DNA of 27,200 nt from Candidatus Velthaea sp. (lineage in GTDB: Bacteria > Vulcanimicrobiota > Vulcanimicrobiia > Vulcanimicrobiales > Vulcanimicrobiaceae). Where the stretch lies: positions 1 through 27,200 of the forward strand of contig JBEKHC010000071.1 in the NCBI GenBank assembly GCA_050012475.1, read 5' to 3'. This document shows positions 1 through 8,825 of this stretch, in pieces (position 1 is the first letter of the stretch; every line of letters begins with the position of its first letter). The position numbers and the translations under genes were made by a program. The notes beneath the pieces were generated by a model, which saw only the letters and a list, made by a program, of their open reading frames with translations, did no database searches and was not told the DNA's origin.

Positions 1-36
1 GACGCCGCCGCCGCCGCCGAGAAGAAGGCATCTTAG
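1..36 (+). CDS. C-terminal end of a gene starting upstream of the window (…DAAAAAEKKAS*)
   Basis: Frame 1 reads gac gcc gcc gcc gcc gcc gag aag aag gca tct tag with typical high-GC codon usage. Too short to identify. Confidence 0.4.
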   Translation, partial: DAAAAAEKKAS

Positions 37-65
37 CAGTCCGAACCGCCGTCGCACTTTTCGCG

Positions 66-656
66 ATGGTCCTCGTAACGCGCTCCGCCGCGTGGGCGCA
101 ACCCCCCGCGGCGGCGTCAGTTCTTCCGATCGGTTCCCCCATCACCATCATTGCCGATGACACGGTCGACCGGCGCGTTCGGCCCGGCGCCGAATTTCGC
201 GCGCACTTGCGCGACCCGTTGGCACTGGGCGACAGGCTCGTCGCAACGGCCGGCACCCCCGCACGACTCGTCGTGACCGACACGATCACCGCCAAGGACG
301 GAACGCTCAGCTATCGCATCGCGATCGTCGGGCTCAATCTCGGTCTTGCCGGCACGCTGCCGGTGCGGCCCGATACGCCGACCGTCGCACACATCAGTGC
401 GGGCATGGCGATCCCGGCAACCACGCTCGCCGCACTCGGCTTCGAGGCGGGCAAGGTTCGCGTCGCGCTGCCGCTGCCGTTCAAACTTTCCAACGAAGCC
501 CCCAACGGCGGCTACACGCCCGCGCCCCTGCGCACTGCTGGCCCAATCATAAATCGCCGCCGCCCGACGCCGACGCCCGGCTTGACGGCGTCGCCATCGC
601 CATCGCCATCGCCATCGCCGGCCGCCTCGTCCTCGCCGCCGGCCGGCTCGCTCTAG
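66..656 (+). CDS. Secreted hypothetical protein with Pro/Ser-rich C-terminal tail
   Basis: 196-aa ORF with a signal-peptide-like N-terminus ending AAWA|Q, a beta-rich core and a PTPTP/SPSPSPSPSP tail. The frame is open upstream (…VRTAVALFAMVLV), so the true start may lie earlier. Confidence 0.65.
   Translation: MVLVTRSAAWAQPPAAASVLPIGSPITIIADDTVDRRVRPGAEFRAHLRDPLALGDRLVATAGTPARLVVTDTITAKDGTLSYRIAIVGLNLGLAGTLPVRPDTPTVAHISAGMAIPATTLAALGFEAGKVRVALPLPFKLSNEAPNGGYTPAPLRTAGPIINRRRPTPTPGLTASPSPSPSPSPAASSSPPAGSL
591..620 (+). repeat. Coding hexamer microsatellite (TCGCCA)x4 + TCGCCG encoding (SP)5
   Basis: tcgcca at 591, 597, 603 and 609, then tcgccg at 615. Confidence 0.85.
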
Positions 657-758
657 CCCGCACCATCGACGCCGGCGCCTTCGCCGTCCGTCCGGCCTTA
701 TGCGGGCAGCGCCGACGCACGCGCAGGCAGCAGCATCCCAGCTGCGAAGCTCGGCCAT

Positions 759-1442
759 ATGTTTGGCCGCATCGCCTCCACCGCGCTCGCCGCACTGCTG
801 CTGACGCCGGTTCATCCGGCCGCAGCTCAACCGACACCGGCACCGACACCCGCGACACTGTCGGCAACCGAAACCAAAGCCGTCGGCGAGATCGCTGCGA
901 TGCTGAATCAACGCTATCCGTCGCCCGCGGCGGCGGAGAAAGCCGGTTACGTCCGCTACACGAACGAGGACGACACCGGCGCGATCAGCTACGCCGACCG
1001 CGAGTGGAACTCGACGTCGGAAGAGCGTCCGTCACAGCTCTGGTACGACGTGAACGGCCGACTCCTAGGGGCCGATTACTCGGTGCTCGCCGACGGGCAT
1101 CCGACCCCGCCGGCGCTGTTCGGCATCGCGCCTTCACGCTTCTTCGAAGAGCACGCGCACATCCACTACGTCGTGCGCAACCCAGACGGAAGCTTGACCT
1201 ATAGTCGGGCGGTGGGCGCCAAAAAGTACGCGGCGGCGGGACTCGACGTCCAGCATCCAACCGCGGCGGGGCTGGTCAAAGTCGGAGCAGTCGATTCGCC
1301 CGACCGCGTCGCGACGGTTTTTTTGTTTCCGCACATCTGGGATGTGACGATTTGGGTGCTGCCCAACCCCGACGGCGCCTTTGCCGACAAGAATCCCAAC
1401 GTCAAGCCGGCGCACTCGCCCAGCCCGATGGACATGCATTAG
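759..1442 (+). CDS. Secreted/periplasmic hypothetical protein
   Basis: 227 aa. Signal peptide (…HPAAA|Q), PTPAPTP linker, motifs RY-x6-E-x-AGY, PSQLWYD-x2-G-x-LLGADY, HIHY and C-terminal W-x-x-x-NPDGAFADKNP. Its TAG overlaps the next GTG (TAGTG). Confidence 0.8.
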   Translation: MFGRIASTALAALLLTPVHPAAAQPTPAPTPATLSATETKAVGEIAAMLNQRYPSPAAAEKAGYVRYTNEDDTGAISYADREWNSTSEERPSQLWYDVNGRLLGADYSVLADGHPTPPALFGIAPSRFFEEHAHIHYVVRNPDGSLTYSRAVGAKKYAAAGLDVQHPTAAGLVKVGAVDSPDRVATVFLFPHIWDVTIWVLPNPDGAFADKNPNVKPAHSPSPMDMH

Positions 1443-2185
1443 TGCCTTCGACGCATCGGGTGGCGTTGATCACTGGGGCTTCGTCCGGGATCGGCGCCGC
1501 GATCGCGCGCGATCTCGGGGCGCGCGGCTATCATCTCGCGCTCGCGGCGCGCCGCAAACGCGACCTCGAGTCGGTCGCCCTCGCCATCCGAACCGCCGGC
1601 GGCGGTGCGATCCCGCTGGTCTGCGACGTGACGAAACCCGATCAGATCGCGACCTGCGTGGCCCGCACGCTGACGGAATTCGGCCGCATCGACGTGCTCG
1701 TCAACAACGCCGGCGTCATGCACAACGGTTTGATCGCCGGTGCCGACGTCGCGGAATGGCGCGCGATGATCGACGTCAATCTCATGGGGCTCATGCTCGT
1801 CACCCATGCGGTCTTGCCGCACATGAAGGCTGCGGGGGGCGGTCACATCGTCAACATCTCGTCGGTCGCGGGACGGATCGTCACCGTCAACAACGGCGTC
1901 TATAACGTCACGAAGTGGGGCGTCAACGTCTTCTCCGAAGCGCTGCGCAAAGAAGTCTACACCGACAACATCAAGATTACGGTCATCGGACCGGGGGTCG
2001 TCGAAACCGACCTCAAGGAAAAGATCGCCAATCCGCAAGCGCGGGCGACGTTCAAAGCCTTCGCCGCCGGGCTCGATCCGCTCACGGTCGAGGACGTGGC
2101 CGGCGCCGTCGCCTACGCACTCGAAGCACCGCCGCACGTCGCGATCAACGAAGTCCTCATGCGCCCGCTCAAACAAGAACGCTAG
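1442..2185 (+). CDS. Short-chain dehydrogenase/reductase (classical SDR, probably NADP-dependent)
   Basis: TGASSGIG glycine motif, ARR, LVNNAG, NISS and catalytic YNVTK (YxxxK). GTG start at 1442 overlaps the upstream stop; the ORF-track start at 1352 adds a non-homologous N-terminus. Confidence 0.93.
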   Translation: MPSTHRVALITGASSGIGAAIARDLGARGYHLALAARRKRDLESVALAIRTAGGGAIPLVCDVTKPDQIATCVARTLTEFGRIDVLVNNAGVMHNGLIAGADVAEWRAMIDVNLMGLMLVTHAVLPHMKAAGGGHIVNISSVAGRIVTVNNGVYNVTKWGVNVFSEALRKEVYTDNIKITVIGPGVVETDLKEKIANPQARATFKAFAAGLDPLTVEDVAGAVAYALEAPPHVAINEVLMRPLKQER

Positions 2186-2280
2186 AAGACGCCCCGCGGC
2201 GCCCTGGCGCCGCCGCTCGGGCCCTTTGGGTCCGAAACACCAGCGGTTTAGGCAGGCGCCCTGAACCGCGACTTGCGGTA

Positions 2281-2401
2281 GCCGCCAACGGCACGGGTTC
2301 AGCGCAGCAGAACTGAGGCTTGGGGCGCAGCGCAAACGCCACGGGTTCGGCGCAGCAGAACTGAGGCTTGGAGGCGCCGCAAACGCCACGGGCTCAGCGC
2401 A
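2281..2401. repeat. ~47-48 bp imperfect tandem repeat (~2.5 copies) between convergent SDR and rpoD
   Basis: cacgggttcagcgcagcagaactgaggcttggggcgcagcgcaaacgc (2292-2339), cacgggttcggcgcagcagaactgaggcttggaggcgccgcaaacgc (2340-2386), partial cacgggctcagcgca (2387-2401), and a partial unit end at 2281-2291. Confidence 0.85.
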
Positions 2402-2416
2402 AATCGCTGAACGCCG

Positions 2417-3586
2417 CTACTCGTTGGACCAGTAGTCTTTGAGGGCTTTCCCGCGGCTGGGATGGCGCAGTTTGCGCAGCGCCTTCGCTTCGATCTGACG
2501 GATGCGTTCACGGGTCACGCCAAATTCTTGGCCGACCTCCTCGAGCGTCCGCTGGTGACCGTCCTCGAGCCCGAAGCGCAGCACCAAAACTTTGCGCTCG
2601 CGCTCGGTGAGATTCTTGAGGACGTCCTGCATCTTTTCTTTGAGAAGCATGACCGATGCCGCTTCCGCCGGCGCGACGGCTTCCTGATCTTCGATGAAAT
2701 CGCCCAAGTGCGAATCTTCTTCTTCGCCGATCGGCGTCTCGAGCGAGATCGGCTCTTGCGAAATCTTGATGACTTCGCGAACCTTCTCGGGCGTGAGACC
2801 CATTTCGCTGGCAATCTCTTCGACCGTCGGATCGCGACCGAGTTCTTGCAGCAGTTGGCGCGAAATCTTGATCAACCGGTTGATCGTCTCGACCATGTGG
2901 ACCGGGATGCGAATTGTCCGCGCTTGGTCGGCCAGCGCACGAGTGATGGCTTGCCGGATCCACCAGGTTGCGTAGGTCGAGAATTTGTAGCCCTTCCGAT
3001 AGTCGAATTTCTCGACCGCCCGGATCAAGCCCAGGTTGCCCTCTTGGATGAGGTCCAAGAACAGCATGCCGCGGCCGACGTACTTCTTCGCGATCGAAAC
3101 GACCAATCGCAAGTTCGCCTCGGTCAGCCGGCGCTTTGCATCTTCTCCGTGATAGATGACCGCGTTGTCGGCGGTCCCGTTTTTCAACGCTTCTTTTTCG
3201 CCGGCTTCGATCGCCATGGCGAGCCGCTTCTCGTCGTCCATCGAGAGCAGGGGGACGCGGCCGATCTCTTTGAGGTACATCCGGACCGGGTCGTCGAGCG
3301 CCATCCCTGCGGGGATCGCGGCTTCGACCTGCTCCTCGGGCTCGGCTTCGACCTTTTCTTCCTTGGCTTGCTCTTCGACGATCTCGATGCCCATCGAAGC
3401 GATCTCTTCGAAAAGGTCATCGATCCGTTCCGGACCGACCTCGTCGATGTTGTCGAAAACGGCGTTGATCTCTTCGTACGTGAGCGAGCCGCGCTTTTTG
3501 CCCTTCTCAATGAGCTTCTTGATCAGCTCCTCGAGCGGGACTTGCGGTGCGTCAACGGTTGCGGTCGCGGATTTTTTACGGGCCAT
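2417..3586 (-). CDS. rpoD: RNA polymerase primary sigma-70 factor RpoD/SigA
   Basis: Region 1.1 ([12 protein letters not shown]), [75 protein letters not shown] at 3586 is preceded by an AAAGGGGGTG SD-like tract. Confidence 0.98.
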   Translation of the reverse strand: MARKKSATATVDAPQVPLEELIKKLIEKGKKRGSLTYEEINAVFDNIDEVGPERIDDLFEEIASMGIEIVEEQAKEEKVEAEPEEQVEAAIPAGMALDDPVRMYLKEIGRVPLLSMDDEKRLAMAIEAGEKEALKNGTADNAVIYHGEDAKRRLTEANLRLVVSIAKKYVGRGMLFLDLIQEGNLGLIRAVEKFDYRKGYKFSTYATWWIRQAITRALADQARTIRIPVHMVETINRLIKISRQLLQELGRDPTVEEIASEMGLTPEKVREVIKISQEPISLETPIGEEEDSHLGDFIEDQEAVAPAEAASVMLLKEKMQDVLKNLTERERKVLVLRFGLEDGHQRTLEEVGQEFGVTRERIRQIEAKALRKLRHPSRGKALKDYWSNE

Positions 3587-3674
3587 ACTGCTCTTCACCC
3601 CCTTTGCTCATCGATTGGATTTCGGCATATCAATGCGAAAATGTTACACGGTGCGGACTTGTTCGACGCTGGGG

Positions 3675-5474
3675 TTACCCTTTCAGTTTTGCGAGTAGCG
3701 CGCGGTGTTCGTCGCGCAACTCGCCCGGAATGCTCTCGCCGGCTTCGAGCAGCCGGTTCAATGATGAATCCACTTCGCGGTACCGCCGTTGCAGATCGTC
3801 CGACACAAAACGTGCGGCCACGCGGTCGAGATAGGCGCGCCGCTCGTCGCTTCCGGCAAAGCGCACCGTGACCGAACGTTCCGCACCAAGAATGTCACTG
3901 AGAACGGCCGACGCCTCGTCGTCCTCGCTAAACAGCACGCCGACGTCCGATGGTTGCAGGACTTCCTTTCGCCGGTCGACGAGCGTCGCGTACAGCCGCC
4001 GCAGCAACGGATGCTCGAAGCGCTCGGGTCGAATTCGCTCTGCATACTCAGCCAGCAAGAGCGGCTCCTCCAGTACGATGGCCAACACTTGACGCTCGTA
4101 CGACGGAGCGTCGACGGAGCCCGGAATGACGTGACGGCCGGCGCGCGCCGGCGCTCGCTCGCCTTCGGCGCCACGCGGCGCGAAGTGCAGCGCGTTGGTG
4201 AGCAAGCGGCTCTTACGCAGGTCGTCGACACTCAGTCCGAGCCGCGCGGCGGTGTAGACGCGCCAGCGGTCCCACTCCTCGCGCTTCGCGCTGGCCACGA
4301 CGAGCGCTTCGGCTTCGCGTGCGGTGTCGGCCTTGTTGGCAAAGCTCGACGCGAGCGCCTCGACCTTGCGATCGATCTGAAACTGGACGTCTTCCACGGC
4401 CGCGGCCAGCCGGGCCCGAAACCCTTGCGCTCCGTGCGCGCGCACGTACGCATCGGGATCGTCCCCCGGCGGCAACGCGACGATGCGCGGTTTACAATCG
4501 GCCAAGCGGAGAATGTCGATCGCTTTCGCGGTCGCGGCTTGACCGGCGCCGTCGGCATCGAAGCAGAGGAACACGTTTGCGGTGACCTTGCGCAGTTCGC
4601 GCGCTTGGTCGGGGGTAAAGGCCGTGCCCAGCGCTGCCACCGCGTTCGGTATCCCGGCTTGGTGCAGTGCGATGCAGTCGAGATAGCCCTCGACGACGAG
4701 GATCGCATCTTCTTTCCCGGCCGCACGGCGAGCGGCGTTGAGTGCGAACAGGTAGCGGCCCTTGGTATACACCGGCGTCGTCGCGGTGTTGAGATATTTC
4801 GGCTCTTCGTTGCCCAGCGCGCGGCCGCCGAAGGCGATGACTTCGCCGGTCGTTGCATAGGTTGGGATCATCAAGCGTCCGCGGTACACGTCGTAGTACC
4901 CGCCGCTCTGGCCCAGCTTGACCAGTCCGGCCTTCGCTGCGGTCACCAGATCGACCGCGTTGGCTTTGAGTTCGGCCACCAATCCGTCCCAGCGATCGGG
5001 GGCGTAGCCGAGCTTGAATGCATCGACGGTCGCGCGCGCCAGTCCACGTCGCTCGCAATACTGCCGCGCCGGCTCGCCGGCCGGATCGATCGACAGTAAG
5101 CGGTGAAAATAACTCGCGGCAACCGCGTTGGCGGCGTAGATCGCTTCTTTTTCGCTGCGCACGCGAGCCGTCGCCGGATCCTCGGCTTCGATCTCGATCC
5201 CCGCGCGCTTGGCCAACACGCGCAGCGCGTCCGGGAACGTCAGATTTTCCGCCCGCCGCAAATAGTTGATCACGTCGCCGTGCGCGTCGCAGCCGAAGCA
5301 CTTGAAAAACCCTTTGTCGGGGTGGACGTGAAACGACGGCGTTTTCTCGGCGTGAAACGGACACAGACCGACCAGGCTGTTTCCGCGCTTGCGCAGCGTG
5401 ACGAACTGTCCGATATATTCAGCGATGTCCGTCCGCGTCAGCACCTCGCGTTTCATCGAGTCGTCGATCCGCAC
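3675..5474 (-). CDS. dnaG: DNA primase DnaG
   Basis: CHC2 zinc finger CPFHAEKTPSF…FKCFGC, FGGR, PKYLN, TOPRIM VEGYLD and CFDADGAG, DPD. Lies directly upstream of rpoD. Start set to GTG 5474 (VRIDD…) after gaagagag. Confidence 0.97.
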   Translation of the reverse strand: MRIDDSMKREVLTRTDIAEYIGQFVTLRKRGNSLVGLCPFHAEKTPSFHVHPDKGFFKCFGCDAHGDVINYLRRAENLTFPDALRVLAKRAGIEIEAEDPATARVRSEKEAIYAANAVAASYFHRLLSIDPAGEPARQYCERRGLARATVDAFKLGYAPDRWDGLVAELKANAVDLVTAAKAGLVKLGQSGGYYDVYRGRLMIPTYATTGEVIAFGGRALGNEEPKYLNTATTPVYTKGRYLFALNAARRAAGKEDAILVVEGYLDCIALHQAGIPNAVAALGTAFTPDQARELRKVTANVFLCFDADGAGQAATAKAIDILRLADCKPRIVALPPGDDPDAYVRAHGAQGFRARLAAAVEDVQFQIDRKVEALASSFANKADTAREAEALVVASAKREEWDRWRVYTAARLGLSVDDLRKSRLLTNALHFAPRGAEGERAPARAGRHVIPGSVDAPSYERQVLAIVLEEPLLLAEYAERIRPERFEHPLLRRLYATLVDRRKEVLQPSDVGVLFSEDDEASAVLSDILGAERSVTVRFAGSDERRAYLDRVAARFVSDDLQRRYREVDSSLNRLLEAGESIPGELRDEHRALLAKLKG

Positions 5475-5567
5475 CCCGCTCTCTTCGACATCTTCGCGCG
5501 AACGACTCCGCCGGCTCGCTGCGATCAAGCAACCACGCGGCGGCCCCGCCGGGGATTGCCGCAAGCA

Positions 5568-6902
5568 TCATCCGGGGATGTAGAGCAGCTCCTCATCGGC
5601 GTCGTACTCGAAGAGTTCGGCGTAGCGCGCCCACTCGACGGCGGTCGAGAACTGGTGCTTGGCTTCTTCGGCGGGATAGTGCTCATCGAGCACGTCGATA
5701 AAGAAATCGGCGCGCATCGTCTTGTTGGCCTTCTCGCTCAGCGTTTTGACGATCGTGGCGATGATCGGCGCATGGGCGAGGACCTGCTGGCGGAACAGAT
5801 CCTTGCTGCGCAAAATCGTCGTGGTGGCATAGTCGCGCCCGAGCTCGGTTAGCGTGACCACACCGTCGGCGACGGTCGCGAATCCCAGCAGCGTGGCGGC
5901 ATCGAGAATCGCCAACAGATCGTCCACCGGCAGCGCGAGACGTTCCGACAGCCGCGCGATCTCGAGGCGTAATTCGCCCGTCTCGACGATGAGCTCGAGC
6001 AAACCGCTGATCGTACCGACGCGCACGTGCGGCAGCGCCCGCGCGTACGGCGACGCCTTGGCGGCGGCTTGCACTGGGGCGATGCCCGGAACCGGTACCG
6101 AAGGTCCGGCCGTCACCTGCATCGCGGGATTCGTCATCACGGTGTAGAGGTACTCGACGAGTGCTTTGAAGCGTTCGTCGCTGCGCTGGTGCGGCCGCGG
6201 CAGATCGATCCGGACTTCGCCGCGGACGCGGCCGGGATTGGTACCGAGCACCATCACCCGGTCGGCGAGAAACACCGCTTCTTCGATGTTGTGCGTCACG
6301 ATCAAGATCGCTTTGGCCGGAAACGTGCCGGCATTCCACAGATCGTCGATCTCACCGCGCAGATTCTCGGCGGTGAGCACGTCGAGCGCGCTGAAGGGTT
6401 CGTCCAGGAAGAGCACTTTGGGCTCGACCACGAGCGCCCGGGCGAAGCCGACCCGCTGCTTCATACCGCCGGAAAGTTCCTTGGGATAGGCGCTCTCGAA
6501 CCCGTCGAGCCCGACGAGATCGATGGCTTTGAGCGCGCGTTTCGTGCGCTCGACACGGCCGACGCCGCGTGCTTCGAGCCCCAGTTCGACATTCTCGATG
6601 ACCGTCAGCCACGGCAGCAGCGCGAACGATTGGAAGACCATGCCGACATCGGCATTGGGTCCGGCCAAGGGCACGCCGTTGCTCACGATCCGGCCGGACG
6701 AAGCCGGTATCAAACCGGCCATGATCCGCAACAGCGTGCTCTTGCCGCTGCCGCTGCGGCCCAGCAGCGCCAGGACTTCGCCGCGATCGACGCGCACGTG
6801 CACGTCGGTCAGAACGGTGTGCTCGCCCTTGCCGTCGGGCGACGGAAAGGCTTTCGAGCAGCTGCTCACGTCGATGAGCGTGTCGGTAACGGTCGGGCTC
6901 AT
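5568..6902 (-). CDS. NitT/TauT-family ABC ATP-binding protein with C-terminal AAA-associated domain
   Basis: Walker A GRSGSGKST, Q-loop VFQSFALLPW, signature LSGGMKQR, Walker B FLDEPF, H-loop VTH, plus a ~140-aa C-terminal extension ending WARYAELFEYD. ATG 6902 overlaps the permease stop (ATGA). Confidence 0.93.
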   Translation of the reverse strand: MSPTVTDTLIDVSSCSKAFPSPDGKGEHTVLTDVHVRVDRGEVLALLGRSGSGKSTLLRIMAGLIPASSGRIVSNGVPLAGPNADVGMVFQSFALLPWLTVIENVELGLEARGVGRVERTKRALKAIDLVGLDGFESAYPKELSGGMKQRVGFARALVVEPKVLFLDEPFSALDVLTAENLRGEIDDLWNAGTFPAKAILIVTHNIEEAVFLADRVMVLGTNPGRVRGEVRIDLPRPHQRSDERFKALVEYLYTVMTNPAMQVTAGPSVPVPGIAPVQAAAKASPYARALPHVRVGTISGLLELIVETGELRLEIARLSERLALPVDDLLAILDAATLLGFATVADGVVTLTELGRDYATTTILRSKDLFRQQVLAHAPIIATIVKTLSEKANKTMRADFFIDVLDEHYPAEEAKHQFSTAVEWARYAELFEYDADEELLYIPG

Positions 6903-8650
6903 ACGTGGTACTTCTTCTCCGCAAGCGCATAGAGCCGGCGCCATAAGACGCGATTGACGCCGACGACGTAGATGCTCATCATCCCCACGCCCAGGGTGAT
7001 GCGCGGCCAATCACCTTTCGCTGTGGCCGCGGCGATATACGCGCCCAAGCCCGTCGCGGTAAGCGTCGACGAGCCCCAGGTCACCACTTCGGAGACGATG
7101 CTGGCGTTCCACGCGCCGCCGCTGGCGGTGATGCCGCCGGTCACCCACGAAGAAAAGATGCCCGGCACGATCAGCCGCCGCCAGCGCTGCCAGCCGTGCA
7201 ATCCGACGTCGTCGGCCATCTCGCGCAGATCGGTCGGGATACTGGACGCACCGGCGATCGAGTTGAACAAAATGTACCACTGCGCGCCCAGCGCCATCAG
7301 CAAAACGCTGCCGTAGTTGATCGAGATATGAAACCGAATGAACGCCAGCGTTGCGAACGGGAAGATGAAATTGGCCGGAAAGGACGCGAGAAACATCGCC
7401 ACCGGCTGCGAAATGCGCGCCAAGCGCGGGCTGAAACCGATCGCGACGCCGATCGGCGTCCAAATCAAGGACGCAAACAGCAACAGCACCGCCACGCGCA
7501 GCAGCGTCAGCGCGCCCAGCCAAACCACGTGGCCGACTTCGGCGAGACCGACGGTCGCCAAAATAAAGCGGATCGCGATCGCGCCGAGCACCGCGACGAT
7601 CACCAACAGCGCCGCGTTGTAGAGCCGGTCGATGATTCTGGCGGTGCGCAAGCTTCGTTCGCGCACCGGTCGAAGCGGCCGAAAAGACGATAACAACCCT
7701 CCGAGCACGTCACCGGCCGGCGCGACGACGCGGCCCAAGGCGGGCACCAACCGCGCGTGCTGAATGATGTCGTACACCCAGGACTGCGGCGGTTCGGCAG
7801 CCGCGCTTTGTTCGAGCCGAAACTTATCGGACCACGCGACGATCGGCCGCCAAAAGAGTTGATCGATCGCAACGATCACGACCGCCATCGTGAGCACGGC
7901 GTATCCGAGCGCCGGCATATCCTGCGCGGTGACGGCGGCGGCAACATACGACCCGATTCCGGGCAGCGTGTAATTTTGGTTGAGCACGCTGATCGCCTCG
8001 CTCGCGGCGAGAAAGAACCAGCCGCCGCCAAAGCTCATCATGGCATTCCAGACCAGTCCGATCATCCCGGCGGGGACTTCGAGCCGGACGAACCGCTGCC
8101 ACACCGGCAATTCGTACGCGGCGGTCGCCTCGCAGAGATCGGCCGGCAGGGTGCGCAGCGATTGGTAGAACGAGAACGCCATGTTCCATGCTTGGCTGGT
8201 AAAAATGGCGAACACCGAGGCCGCCTCCAGACCCAGCAGACTGCCGGGGAAGAGCGCGATGAAGCCCGTCACCGTAATCGACAAAAAGCCCAGCACCGGC
8301 ACCGATTGCAGAATGTCCAAAAGCGGGATGAGGACCCGTTCGGCATACCGGCTGCGCGCGGCCGCATAGCCGTAGGCGAATGTGAACGCGAACGATGCCG
8401 CCAAGGCGATGAACATGCGCAGTGTCGAGCGCGCCGCATAGTACGGCAAGTTGCGCGGATCGAGGCTGATCGCCGGGACGTCCTTGGGCGGCGTGAAGGC
8501 CACGAACGCGCCGGCGCCGACACGGGCGATGAGCGCAAGCAGCAGCAATGCGCCGAGGATAACGGCAAGATCCGCGAGACCAAACCCGATCGGGCGCCGC
8601 AACGATCCTGGGGCGGGAAGCAAACGCTGCATCATCGGATTGACGGCCAT
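6899..8650 (-). CDS. NitT/TauT-family ABC permease with two fused transmembrane domains
   Basis: ~580 aa, highly hydrophobic, with two EAA-like loops (LPADLCEATAAYEL and IPTDLREMADDVGL) and LDILQSVPVLGF. Start is ATG 8650 or 8635. Confidence 0.9.
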   Translation of the reverse strand: MAVNPMMQRLLPAPGSLRRPIGFGLADLAVILGALLLLALIARVGAGAFVAFTPPKDVPAISLDPRNLPYYAARSTLRMFIALAASFAFTFAYGYAAARSRYAERVLIPLLDILQSVPVLGFLSITVTGFIALFPGSLLGLEAASVFAIFTSQAWNMAFSFYQSLRTLPADLCEATAAYELPVWQRFVRLEVPAGMIGLVWNAMMSFGGGWFFLAASEAISVLNQNYTLPGIGSYVAAAVTAQDMPALGYAVLTMAVVIVAIDQLFWRPIVAWSDKFRLEQSAAAEPPQSWVYDIIQHARLVPALGRVVAPAGDVLGGLLSSFRPLRPVRERSLRTARIIDRLYNAALLVIVAVLGAIAIRFILATVGLAEVGHVVWLGALTLLRVAVLLLFASLIWTPIGVAIGFSPRLARISQPVAMFLASFPANFIFPFATLAFIRFHISINYGSVLLMALGAQWYILFNSIAGASSIPTDLREMADDVGLHGWQRWRRLIVPGIFSSWVTGGITASGGAWNASIVSEVVTWGSSTLTATGLGAYIAAATAKGDWPRITLGVGMMSIYVVGVNRVLWRRLYALAEKKYHV

Positions 8651-8748
8651 CTCCGGGTTCGCGCGACGGCGGGTTCGTTTGCACGCAACAGTGAACCATC
8701 CCTTGACCGGCAACGCCGTTCGCCGCCGCGCGGCTACCAAACATTATC
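8651..8748 (-). promoter_or_regulatory. Putative -10 box (GATAAT, 8743-8748) followed by a structured 5' leader of the ABC operon
   Basis: Minus-strand GATAAT is followed by a 12-bp stem (8721-8732 pairing with 8660-8671, one G-U) enclosing an inner GGTTC/GAACC hairpin. The stem ends a few nt before GGAG-ATG. Confidence 0.4.
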
Positions 8749-8825
8749 GCTGTCTTAACAACCCGCGCGCGACCGTCGTCGACGCCGTCCCAAGACATTG
8801 CCGGCGACGGGCGAATCGTCGTATC

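Noticed and set aside
591..620. Phase-variable microsatellite
   Set aside because: The hexamer unit preserves the frame and only encodes a Ser-Pro linker.
2281..2401. Possible CRISPR array
   Set aside because: The units are contiguous near-identical tandem copies with no unique spacers, and no cas genes are in the window.
2462..5099. Long + strand ORFs 2462-3871 and 3789-5099
   Set aside because: Antisense shadows of rpoD and dnaG, as expected from high-GC codon bias, with no recognisable motifs.
8620..8655. Fluoride riboswitch-like GGAGATGG at the permease start
   Set aside because: The downstream pairing and the conserved 3' segment of that family are not present.
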